Shown here one piece after another: positions 32,116 through 41,327 of a stretch of DNA of 43,901 bases. A program made the translations under genes and the position numbers. The stretch lies in the IMG/VR virus record IMGVR_UViG_3300045988_025911. The stretch is one strand, 5' to 3'. A model generated the notes under the pieces. The model was not told the DNA's origin, searched no databases, and saw nothing but the letters and a program-made list of their open reading frames with translations. The DNA is from a virus. The stretch's first letter is position 1. Every line of letters begins with the position of its first letter.

Positions 32116-33756
32116 ATGCAGTCGGTTCCGAGCAACTGGAACAGCGTTTTTGAAATCGACCACAAAACTGAATTCAAGGCCGTCATAAACGGGGTCACAT
32201 ACACCTACGGGTCTATCAAGTCCGCGCAGATCACGAAATCCATGATGGACAAGCTGACCATTGGTCAGGCTACGTCCGCAATGCTGGACATGGTATTCAG
32301 GCCGGAAGGAACAATTCCCACGGCAGCAAAAATTGAATGCTATGTCCGGCTCACGAACTACGAGCCTACCACGTTGGTCACGGACGAGGCTGGGAACATC
32401 ATCAAAACGGACGATGGGTACATTCTGGCCGGTGCATATTCGGTCGTGACCGACTGGATTCCATTTGGAACGTTCTACATCGACACGAGAGAACTTGCCG
32501 CAAACGGTCTTATGACCATCACGGCATATGACCGGATGCTTGCGGCAGAGCAGGAATTCCCGAACTCGGCAGGCTCCATGACGATGAATGCCGCTGTGGC
32601 GTACATCGCGGCGGCTCTCGGCGTGGAAACGGACAACCGCAACCAGATTGCACCTTACAGCATTGACAGCCCTGTAGGGCTTTATACGATGCGAGAGGTG
32701 CTTTCTGGAATCGCGGCTGCGTCCGGCGGCAACTTCATCATTACCGAAGAAAACAAGCTTCGGCTCGTTCGGTTGGCCTCCCCAGCTACGGTTGATGCGA
32801 CGCGCGTTGCCTCCTATGATGCGCTTTCCGACATGGTTACAATTGGAAGAATCACGCTTTGTCCAGATGGAGATACGCAGTATTCTTCCGGCACGTCAGG
32901 CTATGAGATTCAAGCGGACTGTATCTATGCGACGCAGACAATTTGTGATTATGTGAATAGCCTGCTTGGTGGCGTGGCGTATCTTCCATATTCTGCTGGT
33001 ACGGCGAGGCTGAATCCGGCTATCGAGCTTGGAGACAGCGTAAGCCCGAATGGAAAGAATTCCATTGTTGCATCTGCGGTGTTCACAATTGGCGTCTCCA
33101 TGAGCGCCAGCATTGAAGCGCCGATAGATACAGAGGTCAACCACGAATACCCGTATCAGGGGAGGACGAAGGAAGAACGCAAGACGGCTGTTTCCATTTC
33201 TGAGATACGCAAGACTACAGAGGAGATTTCCCTTACTGTTCGCGGGAAAGTCGGCGCGGCAGAAGTTCAGAGCGCGATAGACCTGAATCTGAACAGTTTG
33301 ACGTTATCCTATTCTGCGGCTGAAAACGGCGCGTCCATCACGCTTTCCAAGGATGGCGTGAACATTCAGGGAAACGTGAAGATCGGCTCCATCGACGCAA
33401 GCAAGATCGATGTGAAGAATCTGAACGCTGACGAGATCACGGCGGGCACACTCAGTGCCATTGATATTGTCGGCTGCACGATCTACGCGCAGGAGAGCAA
33501 ACAGGATTATGCGAAGATGCTTTCCAACGGCATGGAGATCTACACGGACGGGACGTACAAAATGGGCCTTTATGTTGAAGGAAGCAACCCTACTTTGGAA
33601 CTTGGAAACACGACGCCCGCATTCATACAGAAGATCTTTGAAGATTCCGCGCACAAGCTGTGGCTTGGAAACCGTACCGGAAGCGACGGAATCATGATCG
33701 ATTTTACAAATCACACGGTCAAAAAGTACATAAACGGTACGGCAACAGCATTGTGA
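32116..33756 (+). CDS. Tail-associated / baseplate protein (Tal-like)
   Basis: 546 aa. Second gene after the tape measure. Confidence 0.65.
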   Translation: MQSVPSNWNSVFEIDHKTEFKAVINGVTYTYGSIKSAQITKSMMDKLTIGQATSAMLDMVFRPEGTIPTAAKIECYVRLTNYEPTTLVTDEAGNIIKTDDGYILAGAYSVVTDWIPFGTFYIDTRELAANGLMTITAYDRMLAAEQEFPNSAGSMTMNAAVAYIAAALGVETDNRNQIAPYSIDSPVGLYTMREVLSGIAAASGGNFIITEENKLRLVRLASPATVDATRVASYDALSDMVTIGRITLCPDGDTQYSSGTSGYEIQADCIYATQTICDYVNSLLGGVAYLPYSAGTARLNPAIELGDSVSPNGKNSIVASAVFTIGVSMSASIEAPIDTEVNHEYPYQGRTKEERKTAVSISEIRKTTEEISLTVRGKVGAAEVQSAIDLNLNSLTLSYSAAENGASITLSKDGVNIQGNVKIGSIDASKIDVKNLNADEITAGTLSAIDIVGCTIYAQESKQDYAKMLSNGMEIYTDGTYKMGLYVEGSNPTLELGNTTPAFIQKIFEDSAHKLWLGNRTGSDGIMIDFTNHTVKKYINGTATAL

Positions 33757-33765
33757 GGTGGAGAT

Positions 33766-33909
33766 ATGAACGAACGGCTTGAATCACTAAAGGCTATAAA
33801 AGAAACACTGAATCAGATCCGTGTCACTGGTCGCTCAGACTGCTTCGCAGTCGTGGCGATCAATAACGAGCTGGACAAGCTTATCAAACAGGAGGCTGAA
33901 GATGGCTGA
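33766..33909 (+). CDS. Small hypothetical protein (47 aa)
   Basis: GAGGTGGAG RBS. Its stop overlaps the next ATG. Confidence 0.45.
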   Translation: MNERLESLKAIKETLNQIRVTGRSDCFAVVAINNELDKLIKQEAEDG

Positions 33910-34627
33910 AACATACAAAAAGATATCTGATTTTAATGTCGCGGCCAGTTTTGGAGACAATGATCTTCTGCTCGTTTCACAATCTGGGACGACCAAGGTC
34001 ATTAAAGGCTCGATGCTGAAAGCCCTTGCAAAGGCGGCTGGTGTTGAGGCGGCGAAGATAAACAATGCGACTGTCAACGCGCTCGGACACCTTGTGATTA
34101 CAACGACCGACGGAACGGTTATCGACACGGGCAAGGTCACAGGCGCGGATGGCGTATCCGTCACGGGCGCTTCCATTGATGCGCAGTATCACTTGATCCT
34201 GACGTTTTCGGACGGAAGCACGAAAGACGCGGGCTATTGCCGGGGCGCTTCCGGGGCCGGAACTGGCGATATGCTTGAGTCGGATTACGACTCCGACAAT
34301 GCCGTAAAGGCCGCAGGAGGCATCGCGGAATATGTCAAAAACAACATCCCAATCGCTTCTAAAAGCATTCGCGGCGGTGTGAAAATTAAGACTGTAACAA
34401 AGACAATCACGCCTTCTGAGTGGGTAGCTGCCGGCAACGGCGCGTATTATAGCGCGAGCGTACCGCTTGGTTCTTCACTTATGGCATCAGCCTATGCTTC
34501 TGCTTATGGCGGAAGCTTGAGAGCCAATCAATTTTCGTTTGCGACATACAACAATACGACGGTTGTTAGGTATACAGGTGAAAAACCAACTGGCAACGTA
34601 ACCGTAACCGTTGATGTGCTTTATTAG
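33902..34627 (+). CDS. Tail fibre-associated protein
   Basis: AGGAGG 7 nt upstream of ATG 33902. The N-terminus KISDFNVAASFGDNDLLLVSQSGTTKVIKGSML is typical of fibre N-termini. Confidence 0.65.
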   Translation: MAETYKKISDFNVAASFGDNDLLLVSQSGTTKVIKGSMLKALAKAAGVEAAKINNATVNALGHLVITTTDGTVIDTGKVTGADGVSVTGASIDAQYHLILTFSDGSTKDAGYCRGASGAGTGDMLESDYDSDNAVKAAGGIAEYVKNNIPIASKSIRGGVKIKTVTKTITPSEWVAAGNGAYYSASVPLGSSLMASAYASAYGGSLRANQFSFATYNNTTVVRYTGEKPTGNVTVTVDVLY

Positions 34628-34636
34628 GGGGATGTT

Positions 34637-37219
34637 ATGAACGAATTTAAAGCAACACATCTTGCACCTATTAAGTTAGGACACACCGGAGAAAATGAGG
34701 CCGCAAGGATCGCGTTTACGCTGGCTCCTTTCGAGGAAGCATTCCCCGGCGGCACTCCGGCGCTTCTGGTAAAGCGCAAGGGTGATTCTGCGGCGTATCC
34801 GGTGACTCTTACGGTCGAGGGCCTTACGGCCTATTGGACAGTAACGAGCGCGGATACGGACAAGGCCGGATTTGGACAGTGTGAATTGCAGTGGCACCTT
34901 GGCGATACTCTGGCAAAATCAAACAAATTTGATTTTATCGTTGTTCCGGCGCTCGAAGCAGGCGCAGAGCCGCCGGACGAGCCGTCCAAGCGCTGGTTCG
35001 ATGCGATTCAGGCGCAGATCGGAGACATTTCCAAGCTGACGACAAAGGCAAAGGATAACCTTGTTGCGGCCATCAACGAGGCGGCACGCACGGGCGGCGG
35101 CTCCGGCGGCGGCACGATTGATATGCGCGTGTCCGGCGGATATATCCAGTATTCCAACGACGGTGTGACATGGGAAAACCTGATTGCGGTTTCCGAACTC
35201 AAGGGCGAGGCTGGCCCGCAGGGTGTTCCGGGCGAAAAGGGTGCTGACGGAGCGAAAGGCGACACTGGCCCGCAGGGCGAGAGAGGCCCACAGGGCATTC
35301 AGGGGGCACAGGGTATTCCGGGTGAAACCGGCCCGCAGGGCGAACGCGGCCCGCAAGGCCCCAAGGGTGACAAAGGCGACCCCGGACAGAAGGGTGAAAC
35401 CGGCTCCGGCTTTGTTGTAAAGGGCTATTATGGCACGGTCTCTGCACTCCAGACCTCTGTGAAGAATCCCGCCGTTGGCGATGCCTACGGCGTCGGCGCG
35501 TCCGAGCCGTATGACATTTACATCTACGACGGCGTGACGCGCACTTGGATAAACAACGGCCCGTTGCAGGGCGCGAAGGGTGACCACGGCCCCAAGGGTG
35601 ACAAGGGCGAACCCGGCGAACAGGGGCCGAAGGGCGATACCGGCCCCATCGGCAAGACCGGCCCGCAGGGTGAGCAGGGCATCCAAGGCCAGAAGGGCGA
35701 CCCCGGAAAGGATGGAGCGACCGGCCCTGCCGGAAAGGACGGACTCACGCCGACGATCGGAGAAAACGGGAACTGGTATCTCGGCACCGAGGACACCGGG
35801 AAGCCGTCGAGGGGTGCGACCGGCCCACAGGGCGCAGACGGTAAAGACGGCACAAACGGAACGGATGGTGCTCCTGGCAAGGATGGTGCAGATGGCGCAC
35901 CCGGCAAGGATGGAGTACCCGGCAAGGATGGAGCACCCGGTAAGGACGGCGTGACGCCGGATATCAAGATCGGGACGGTGACGACGCTGCCCGCAGGAAG
36001 CGAGGCTACGGCCAGCATGGGCGGAACTGCCGCACAGCCTACGCTTAATCTCGGAATTCCGAAGGGCGCAAACGGGGCCAATGCGAATGTCACGAAGGAT
36101 GCGGTTGTCGGCGCACTCGGGTTTACGCCCATCGGCGCGGATGGTGTGCCGGTTAAAAGCGTGAATGGCGCGACAGGCGAGGTCAAAAGCGCGTTTTATG
36201 TGACGGTGACACCTACAGGCAGCGGACACGCCGCAACTGCTGACAAAACGGCTGCGGAAGTGTATGCGGCTTATGCGGCTGGTTATGCCGTGTATGCGGT
36301 AGTGAAATTTGCGAGTTTCGCCGCACCATTTGAATTGCCCCTTGTAGCAGCAGCGTCTGTCTCGGGGACATTCATGCTCGGCTTTGGCGCACTAGGTTCG
36401 TTAGACCCAACAGCAAAGCCTCAGTATCCAACCGTCGCATATACCGGCACGGAATGGATGGCATGGCTTGGAACGCTGGCGAGAGAGTCCGATATCCCAA
36501 CGGAACTCCCAAATCCTCATTCGCTCAACATCAAGATCGGCGACACGACGACGACCTACGACGGAAGCGCGGCGAAAACCGTGGAAATTCCGGAAGGCGG
36601 AGGTACGGATGCATCGCTCGGTATATCAGGTGCATCTGTAGGTCAAGCCGCTTTGGTGAAGTCGGTTGACGAGACTGGAAAGCCCACAGAATGGGAACCT
36701 GCCGCGCTGGCGAAAGCAGACGGGAGCAATATCCCTAGTAGTGCCGATATTAAGGCAAAATGGAGAAGTACGTTACAAACGCTCCCTGGCATTATCCTGT
36801 ACGGAAAGGATTCCGACGGGAAAATCCTGGTGTATACGGATGCAGCATGCACGCAAGCCGCAACCTATCTTGTTGGGATGGATATTGCTGACTTAAAAAA
36901 CGCCTTGTTTGTATACAACCACAATACGTATCAGTGTGTCGGTTTGCAGGAGGTAGCAGGAATGCCCGGGACGTATGCTATACCTGTGTTTGCTCGCACG
37001 GAAGTATTAAAGACGGAAGTTATTGTCGAGAGCATTGTGTGTGATGTCTTGGGCTTCCTGGGTGGTTCGGTGTCCGCTCCTGCAATACTGAGCAAGCAGA
37101 TATATACAAGGCAAACTTTGCCGAATGTCACCACTGCTGATAACGGGAAAATCCTTCGTGTCGTAAATGGGGCATGGGCGGCTACCGAATTGCTCAGCGC
37201 GGGAGGTGTATCATTTTGA
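34637..37219 (+). CDS. Tail fibre / receptor-binding protein with BppU-like N-domain and collagen-like Gly-X-Y repeats
   Basis: 860 aa with three Gly-X-Y tracts (about 35200-35400, 35570-35745, 35810-35950). The N-terminal 110 aa resemble the baseplate upper protein N-domain. Confidence 0.85.
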   Translation: MNEFKATHLAPIKLGHTGENEAARIAFTLAPFEEAFPGGTPALLVKRKGDSAAYPVTLTVEGLTAYWTVTSADTDKAGFGQCELQWHLGDTLAKSNKFDFIVVPALEAGAEPPDEPSKRWFDAIQAQIGDISKLTTKAKDNLVAAINEAARTGGGSGGGTIDMRVSGGYIQYSNDGVTWENLIAVSELKGEAGPQGVPGEKGADGAKGDTGPQGERGPQGIQGAQGIPGETGPQGERGPQGPKGDKGDPGQKGETGSGFVVKGYYGTVSALQTSVKNPAVGDAYGVGASEPYDIYIYDGVTRTWINNGPLQGAKGDHGPKGDKGEPGEQGPKGDTGPIGKTGPQGEQGIQGQKGDPGKDGATGPAGKDGLTPTIGENGNWYLGTEDTGKPSRGATGPQGADGKDGTNGTDGAPGKDGADGAPGKDGVPGKDGAPGKDGVTPDIKIGTVTTLPAGSEATASMGGTAAQPTLNLGIPKGANGANANVTKDAVVGALGFTPIGADGVPVKSVNGATGEVKSAFYVTVTPTGSGHAATADKTAAEVYAAYAAGYAVYAVVKFASFAAPFELPLVAAASVSGTFMLGFGALGSLDPTAKPQYPTVAYTGTEWMAWLGTLARESDIPTELPNPHSLNIKIGDTTTTYDGSAAKTVEIPEGGGTDASLGISGASVGQAALVKSVDETGKPTEWEPAALAKADGSNIPSSADIKAKWRSTLQTLPGIILYGKDSDGKILVYTDAACTQAATYLVGMDIADLKNALFVYNHNTYQCVGLQEVAGMPGTYAIPVFARTEVLKTEVIVESIVCDVLGFLGGSVSAPAILSKQIYTRQTLPNVTTADNGKILRVVNGAWAATELLSAGGVSF

Positions 37220-39120
37220 GTGAATATTTGACAAACGGTGCGGCGCTGACCCACACGGCAGACCGGATTCGCGCGAAAACGGGAGAGACAGCCCAAATCG
37301 TATGGGACGCGGAAAAGGGATTCGGAAACGCAGTAGACGCGATCTCCGGAAGCGAAAAAATTCAGCACGCAGATATTCCGGATTACGTCAAGGCCGAGGC
37401 ATTGGCCGTGGCGGAGAAAGTCAAGGCTGTGTTGAAGTCGGACAGCATTGTTTTTCTGGCGGTATCGGACTTCCATCATGCGGGAGAACAGGTCGATGGA
37501 TGGCAGACGAACATCAATGCCGGAAATCTGCACGCCTGCATGGCACTCAAGGCACTGGCATATGTCCTGCCTGAGATTGATTTTGCCTGTATGCTGGGCG
37601 ATATCACTTTTGGCAGTCAAGCTACGACAGAGGCGCTTCTGAAATCTCAAATTGCAGAGATTAACAGTTGGCTTGACGAGGCGTACAAGGGCATTCCTCA
37701 GTTCCGGACGGTAGGCAACCACGATACCGGAGAATACAGTACGCTGGTCGGCGCAGAATATCTCTTCTCAGCCATTGGTAAATACTGCGAGGGCGCAACT
37801 TATGGCAGCACAGAATACGGCTACTGTTACCGGGATTTTGCCGATAAGAAGCTCCGTGTGATCTGCCTCAATACCTGCGAGGGCGAGACGACCGGTGGCG
37901 AGTCGGCAAGCTACATCTGCTCACCCGCACAAAGGCTGTGGTTTGCGCAGACGCTCTATGATGTTGGCAGCAAATCCGATGCGGCCAGCTGGAGTGTACT
38001 TGTGCTGGCGCACTATCCGCTGGATTACGGCGGAACATATCCCATGAGCAACATCGTGAAAGCCTACGTTGAGGGCGGGAGTACGACAGAAAACGGAACG
38101 GCAGTGAATTTCAACGGCCACAATGCTGCAAAATTTGTGGCGAATGTTCACGGGCATACGCACTGCTTCCGTGTGGATAAACTTTACAGTGTGGCGAATT
38201 CCGTTGGCACCGCGTTTGATGCATGGAAAGTGGCGATGCCGAATGCGTGCTTCTACCGCAACAATTCTTCGGCCAGCGCCACGTTCTGGGGCATTACATA
38301 TGGCGAGGATGTGACATACGACAAGACGGCTGGAACGGCAAAGGATACAGCATTCACCGTAAACGTGCTAACGCCTTCGGAGCAAGCGATTCATTCTTTC
38401 TGCTACGGCGCCGGGCGCGACCGGACAATCGGCTACGCAGCAACGGTGTATCGGAATATCACGAATTCGCTTTCACACGTTTCAAACAGCAATGCGGCGG
38501 TATCCGTTGAAGATGGTGCGGCCTATACGGCGACTCTGACAGCAAACAGTGGCTACACGATGGGCAACGTTGTGATCAAGATGGGTGGAATCGACATCAC
38601 ATCAACGGCCTACACAGCAAGCAACGGTGTTATCAGCATTGCGAGCGTTACCGGCGATGTCGTGATTACGGCTGTGGCTACGAAGATTGTAACGTATACA
38701 AATCTGGTGCTTACAGCGGTGGATAGCTCCGGTGCATCGGCTCCGTACACGGATGGCAAATATCTAGGCTCCAACGGCGCTCCCAGCGATATGAGCGGCT
38801 TTGTGACAACTGGATTTATCCCGTTCGATGGTGGAGCTGAACACGTCTACCGCATCGGCGGAGACGGAATCGCATGGAATACATACGGATGCCGCATTGC
38901 GTGGTACCAGGCGAATCATTCGCTAAAAGGATCGCCGGTCAGCTACGAAAAGATCGACAGTAGCATCTATTATCCCTCCCAAGTGGAGGATGCAAATGCG
39001 GCTGCGGCATTCAGCACGGACAAAAATGTGGCTCCGCCAGTTGGAGCTGCGTTCTTCCGCGTATCTGCAAAGGGTTCCGGCACGAATCTCATTATCACGC
39101 TGGATCAGGAGATCAACTAA
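37216..39120 (+). CDS. Fibre-locus protein with a complete calcineurin-like metallophosphoesterase motif set plus Ig-like and C-terminal domains
   Basis: TTG start (TTGA overlap, GGGAGGTG RBS). Motifs in order: VSDFHH, MLGDITF, VGNHD, LAHYP, VHGHTH. The N-terminus (THTADRIRAKTGETAQI) is fibre-like. Confidence 0.7.
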   Translation: MSEYLTNGAALTHTADRIRAKTGETAQIVWDAEKGFGNAVDAISGSEKIQHADIPDYVKAEALAVAEKVKAVLKSDSIVFLAVSDFHHAGEQVDGWQTNINAGNLHACMALKALAYVLPEIDFACMLGDITFGSQATTEALLKSQIAEINSWLDEAYKGIPQFRTVGNHDTGEYSTLVGAEYLFSAIGKYCEGATYGSTEYGYCYRDFADKKLRVICLNTCEGETTGGESASYICSPAQRLWFAQTLYDVGSKSDAASWSVLVLAHYPLDYGGTYPMSNIVKAYVEGGSTTENGTAVNFNGHNAAKFVANVHGHTHCFRVDKLYSVANSVGTAFDAWKVAMPNACFYRNNSSASATFWGITYGEDVTYDKTAGTAKDTAFTVNVLTPSEQAIHSFCYGAGRDRTIGYAATVYRNITNSLSHVSNSNAAVSVEDGAAYTATLTANSGYTMGNVVIKMGGIDITSTAYTASNGVISIASVTGDVVITAVATKIVTYTNLVLTAVDSSGASAPYTDGKYLGSNGAPSDMSGFVTTGFIPFDGGAEHVYRIGGDGIAWNTYGCRIAWYQANHSLKGSPVSYEKIDSSIYYPSQVEDANAAAAFSTDKNVAPPVGAAFFRVSAKGSGTNLIITLDQEIN

Positions 39121-39509
39121 TGGATACATGCGTATGCTGCGGGCGGGCCGTGCCGGAGGGCAGGATGGTTTGTCCGGAGTGCGAAATAGAAAGCTTTGAA
39201 AGGAGTATCAAGATGGATGATGGAATTCAGGCGCAGATCGCCTCCGTGGAGGCGCGATGCAAGAGCAACTCGCACAGGATCGATGAGCTGGAGGCAGACA
39301 ACAGGGCGCTGCATCAGCTGGCAACCTCGGTGGAGGTGCTGGCGACCAAGCAGGAGGCGATTGAGGAAAACGTGAATGAGATCAAGGCCGATGTGAAAAG
39401 CATCAAGGCGCTGCCGGGAAGCCGCTGGGAGGCGATCGTAAAGGGAGTTATCACGGCGATCCTTGCAGGGCTGATCGGATTTGCGCTGGCGAAGCTGGGG
39501 CTGGGCTGA
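39120..39509 (+). CDS. XhlA-like membrane-anchored coiled-coil protein with N-terminal zinc ribbon
   Basis: CVCCG...CPEC, then a coiled coil and a C-terminal TM helix GVITAILAGLIGFALAKL. The internal ATG 39213 with AAAGGAG is an alternative start. Confidence 0.6.
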   Translation: MDTCVCCGRAVPEGRMVCPECEIESFERSIKMDDGIQAQIASVEARCKSNSHRIDELEADNRALHQLATSVEVLATKQEAIEENVNEIKADVKSIKALPGSRWEAIVKGVITAILAGLIGFALAKLGLG

Positions 39510-39766
39510 TGCGCAGAGATAAGAAACGGTGGACAAAGGGCCGTATGGCCCGCGAGCTTGTGTACTACTGCCTGTGGATGCTCACGGCAGTGGCCACATG
39601 GGCGATGATCCTGAAAACCGCCGCCGTCCTGCTGGACAGGACGTGCGACCTTTCGGATGTGCTGGTGTTCGCGGGCGCGGCCTTCGGCGGGGAGCTGCTT
39701 TTGCTCCTGCTCAAGAGAGTATTTGCAAAACCAAGTGATACAAATGACGAAAATGGAGGTACATAA
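39509..39766 (+). CDS. Two-TM membrane protein (holin-like)
   Basis: TGATG overlap with the upstream stop. Hydrophobic segments LVYYCLWMLTAVATWAMIL and VLVFAGAAFGGELLLLLL. Confidence 0.55.
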   Translation: MRRDKKRWTKGRMARELVYYCLWMLTAVATWAMILKTAAVLLDRTCDLSDVLVFAGAAFGGELLLLLLKRVFAKPSDTNDENGGT

Positions 39767-39769
39767 CAT

Positions 39770-40087
39770 ATGGACTACACGAACATCATCACGGCAGTCA
39801 TTACGCTGCTGACGGCGCTTGTGTCGGCGTTCCTCATCCCGTGGATGAAAGAGCGAATCGGCGCGGAAAAGCTCGCCAAATGGCAGCAGTACGTTGATAT
39901 CGCGGTCAGGGCTGCGGAGCAGCTCTACAACGCGACGGACGGCGCGGAAAAGAAAGCCTATGTGCTGCGCTATCTCGCGTACAAGGGCATCCAGTTTGAC
40001 AGTGACACCGTTGACAAAATGATCGAATCGGCGGTGCTGACGCTCCACCATGAGCTTTATGGGGGTGCTTCCGATGCCGGTAATTAA
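39770..40087 (+). CDS. Holin, LL-H-like family
   Basis: An N-terminal TM helix, then DIAVRAAEQLY...GAEKKAYVLRYL...IESAV, typical of LL-H holins. Directly upstream of the amidase gene. Confidence 0.7.
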   Translation: MDYTNIITAVITLLTALVSAFLIPWMKERIGAEKLAKWQQYVDIAVRAAEQLYNATDGAEKKAYVLRYLAYKGIQFDSDTVDKMIESAVLTLHHELYGGASDAGN

Positions 40088-40769
40088 AGATGCGCTCACG
40101 CCGATCAACCATCGAGCGGGCGGCTGCACGCCGAAATGGATCGTCGTACACTACTTCGGCGCACTCGGCTCTGCGGCCAGCGTGGCCGAGTGGTTCAAGA
40201 ATCCGCAGGCCAGAGCCAGCGCGCACTACGCCGTGGACGAGGGCGATATCATTTACAGGTGCGTGCGGGAATCTGACGTTGCGTGGCACTGCGGAGACGG
40301 TACGCTGCATCCGGAGTGCCGGAACTGGAACTCCATCGGCGTGGAGCTGCGGCCGGGGAAGGTAAACCGGAAGCGCATGGGAGCCTACGATACAGACTGG
40401 TTCTTTGAGAAAAAGGTACTGGACAATGCCGAGTGGCTGATCCACAAGCTCATGAAGGAGCACAACATTCCGGCGGATCACATCATCCGGCACTATGATG
40501 TGTCCGGGAAGTACTGCCCGCGCCCGTTCGTCGGCGCGGACATGAACACCTACTATCACACCACTGGCAACGAGCAGTGGAAAAAATTCTTGGAAAGGTT
40601 TGAAGATGAAGTGGTAGAGAAAAGCAAAATGATCGTGGACGGCAAGGAGATTGCCGTCGAACGCATCCTGAAAAACGGCACGAACTATGTCAAGGTGCGC
40701 GATATCGCCGCCGCGCTGGATCTGAGGGTCAGCAATAAGGGCAATATCGCCGTGCTGGACACGAAGTAA
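40074..40769 (+). CDS. N-acetylmuramoyl-L-alanine amidase endolysin (Amidase_2/PGRP type) with C-terminal wall-binding-like domain
   Basis: IVVHYFGA...SAHYAVD...AWHCG...NSIGVEL...IIRHYDVSGKYCP is the Amidase_2 zinc-amidase pattern. Confidence 0.9.
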   Translation: MPVIKDALTPINHRAGGCTPKWIVVHYFGALGSAASVAEWFKNPQARASAHYAVDEGDIIYRCVRESDVAWHCGDGTLHPECRNWNSIGVELRPGKVNRKRMGAYDTDWFFEKKVLDNAEWLIHKLMKEHNIPADHIIRHYDVSGKYCPRPFVGADMNTYYHTTGNEQWKKFLERFEDEVVEKSKMIVDGKEIAVERILKNGTNYVKVRDIAAALDLRVSNKGNIAVLDTK

Positions 40770-40778
40770 GGCAAGCCT

Positions 40779-41003
40779 ATGCTGCGGGGGCTGCCGAGTC
40801 TGAGCCGCAGCGATTGGGAGCATTTGATCGACGAATGGATTCTTTCGGAGCGATACCGGGGAATCCTGAAACGGAAGATTCTTGACGATTGGAGCCATGA
40901 GCGCATTGCCGAGCGCGAGGGCCTGAGCGTAAACGGCGTCAAGAAGATCATAGCGCGGTGCGTGAATGTACTGCGGGAACATGCAACAGAGCCGCCCGGA
41001 TAG
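40779..41003 (+). CDS. Small sigma-70 region-4-like HTH protein
   Basis: WSHERIAEREGLSVNGVKKIIARCVNVL is an HTH pattern. Weak RBS. Confidence 0.55.
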   Translation: MLRGLPSLSRSDWEHLIDEWILSERYRGILKRKILDDWSHERIAEREGLSVNGVKKIIARCVNVLREHATEPPG

Positions 41004-41012
41004 GGCGGCTCT
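40988..41012 (+). terminator. GC-rich hairpin at the end of the late/lysis region
   Basis: AGAGCCGCCC-ggata-GGGCGGCTCT, overlapping the stop codon. Poor T-tract. Confidence 0.5.
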
Positions 41013-41021
41013 TGTGGCAAA

Positions 41022-41075
41022 ATTGCAAATTTAATATTCTGTTGCATTTGCAATGAGCTTAATTTGTTCTATAAT
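41022..41075 (+). promoter_or_regulatory. Promoter TTGCAA-16-TATAAT overlapped by a 9-bp inverted repeat (operator-like)
   Basis: ATTGCAAAT (41022-41030) and ATTTGCAAT (41046-41054). -35 at 41048-41053 and -10 at 41070-41075. Confidence 0.55.
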
Positions 41076-41108
41076 GAAATAAAAAACAGAGAAGGAGATT
41101 ATACTACA

Positions 41109-41327
41109 ATGTGCAAGCCTATTTACGCAAATTCGCTGACTGTTACTGCGAACGAGGCAAAGAACGAGTTTGTTTTTACATTTAAGCATAAATATCCAGT
41201 AGTTGGAGCGAATGGCGTTGTGGACAGCGACCAGGAAGAAACGGTAGCTGCGGTGATTGTGAATGAGCAGTTAGCAGAGGCACTCCCTGCAATGATGTCC
41301 AAAATCCTGAGTGAGCAGGTGGATTGA
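41109..41327 (+). CDS. Hypothetical protein (72 aa)
   Basis: GAAGGAG 11 nt upstream of ATG 41109. First gene of a three-gene cargo operon. Confidence 0.5.
   Translation: MCKPIYANSLTVTANEAKNEFVFTFKHKYPVVGANGVVDSDQEETVAAVIVNEQLAEALPAMMSKILSEQVD

Noticed and set aside
34919-36229. 436-aa and 220-aa minus-strand ORFs (also 35524-36186), rich in Pro/Gly/Ala/Arg.
   Set aside because: They are antisense shadows of the collagen-like Gly-X-Y coding repeats of the fibre gene. They have no RBS and are fully contained in a strongly supported + strand gene.
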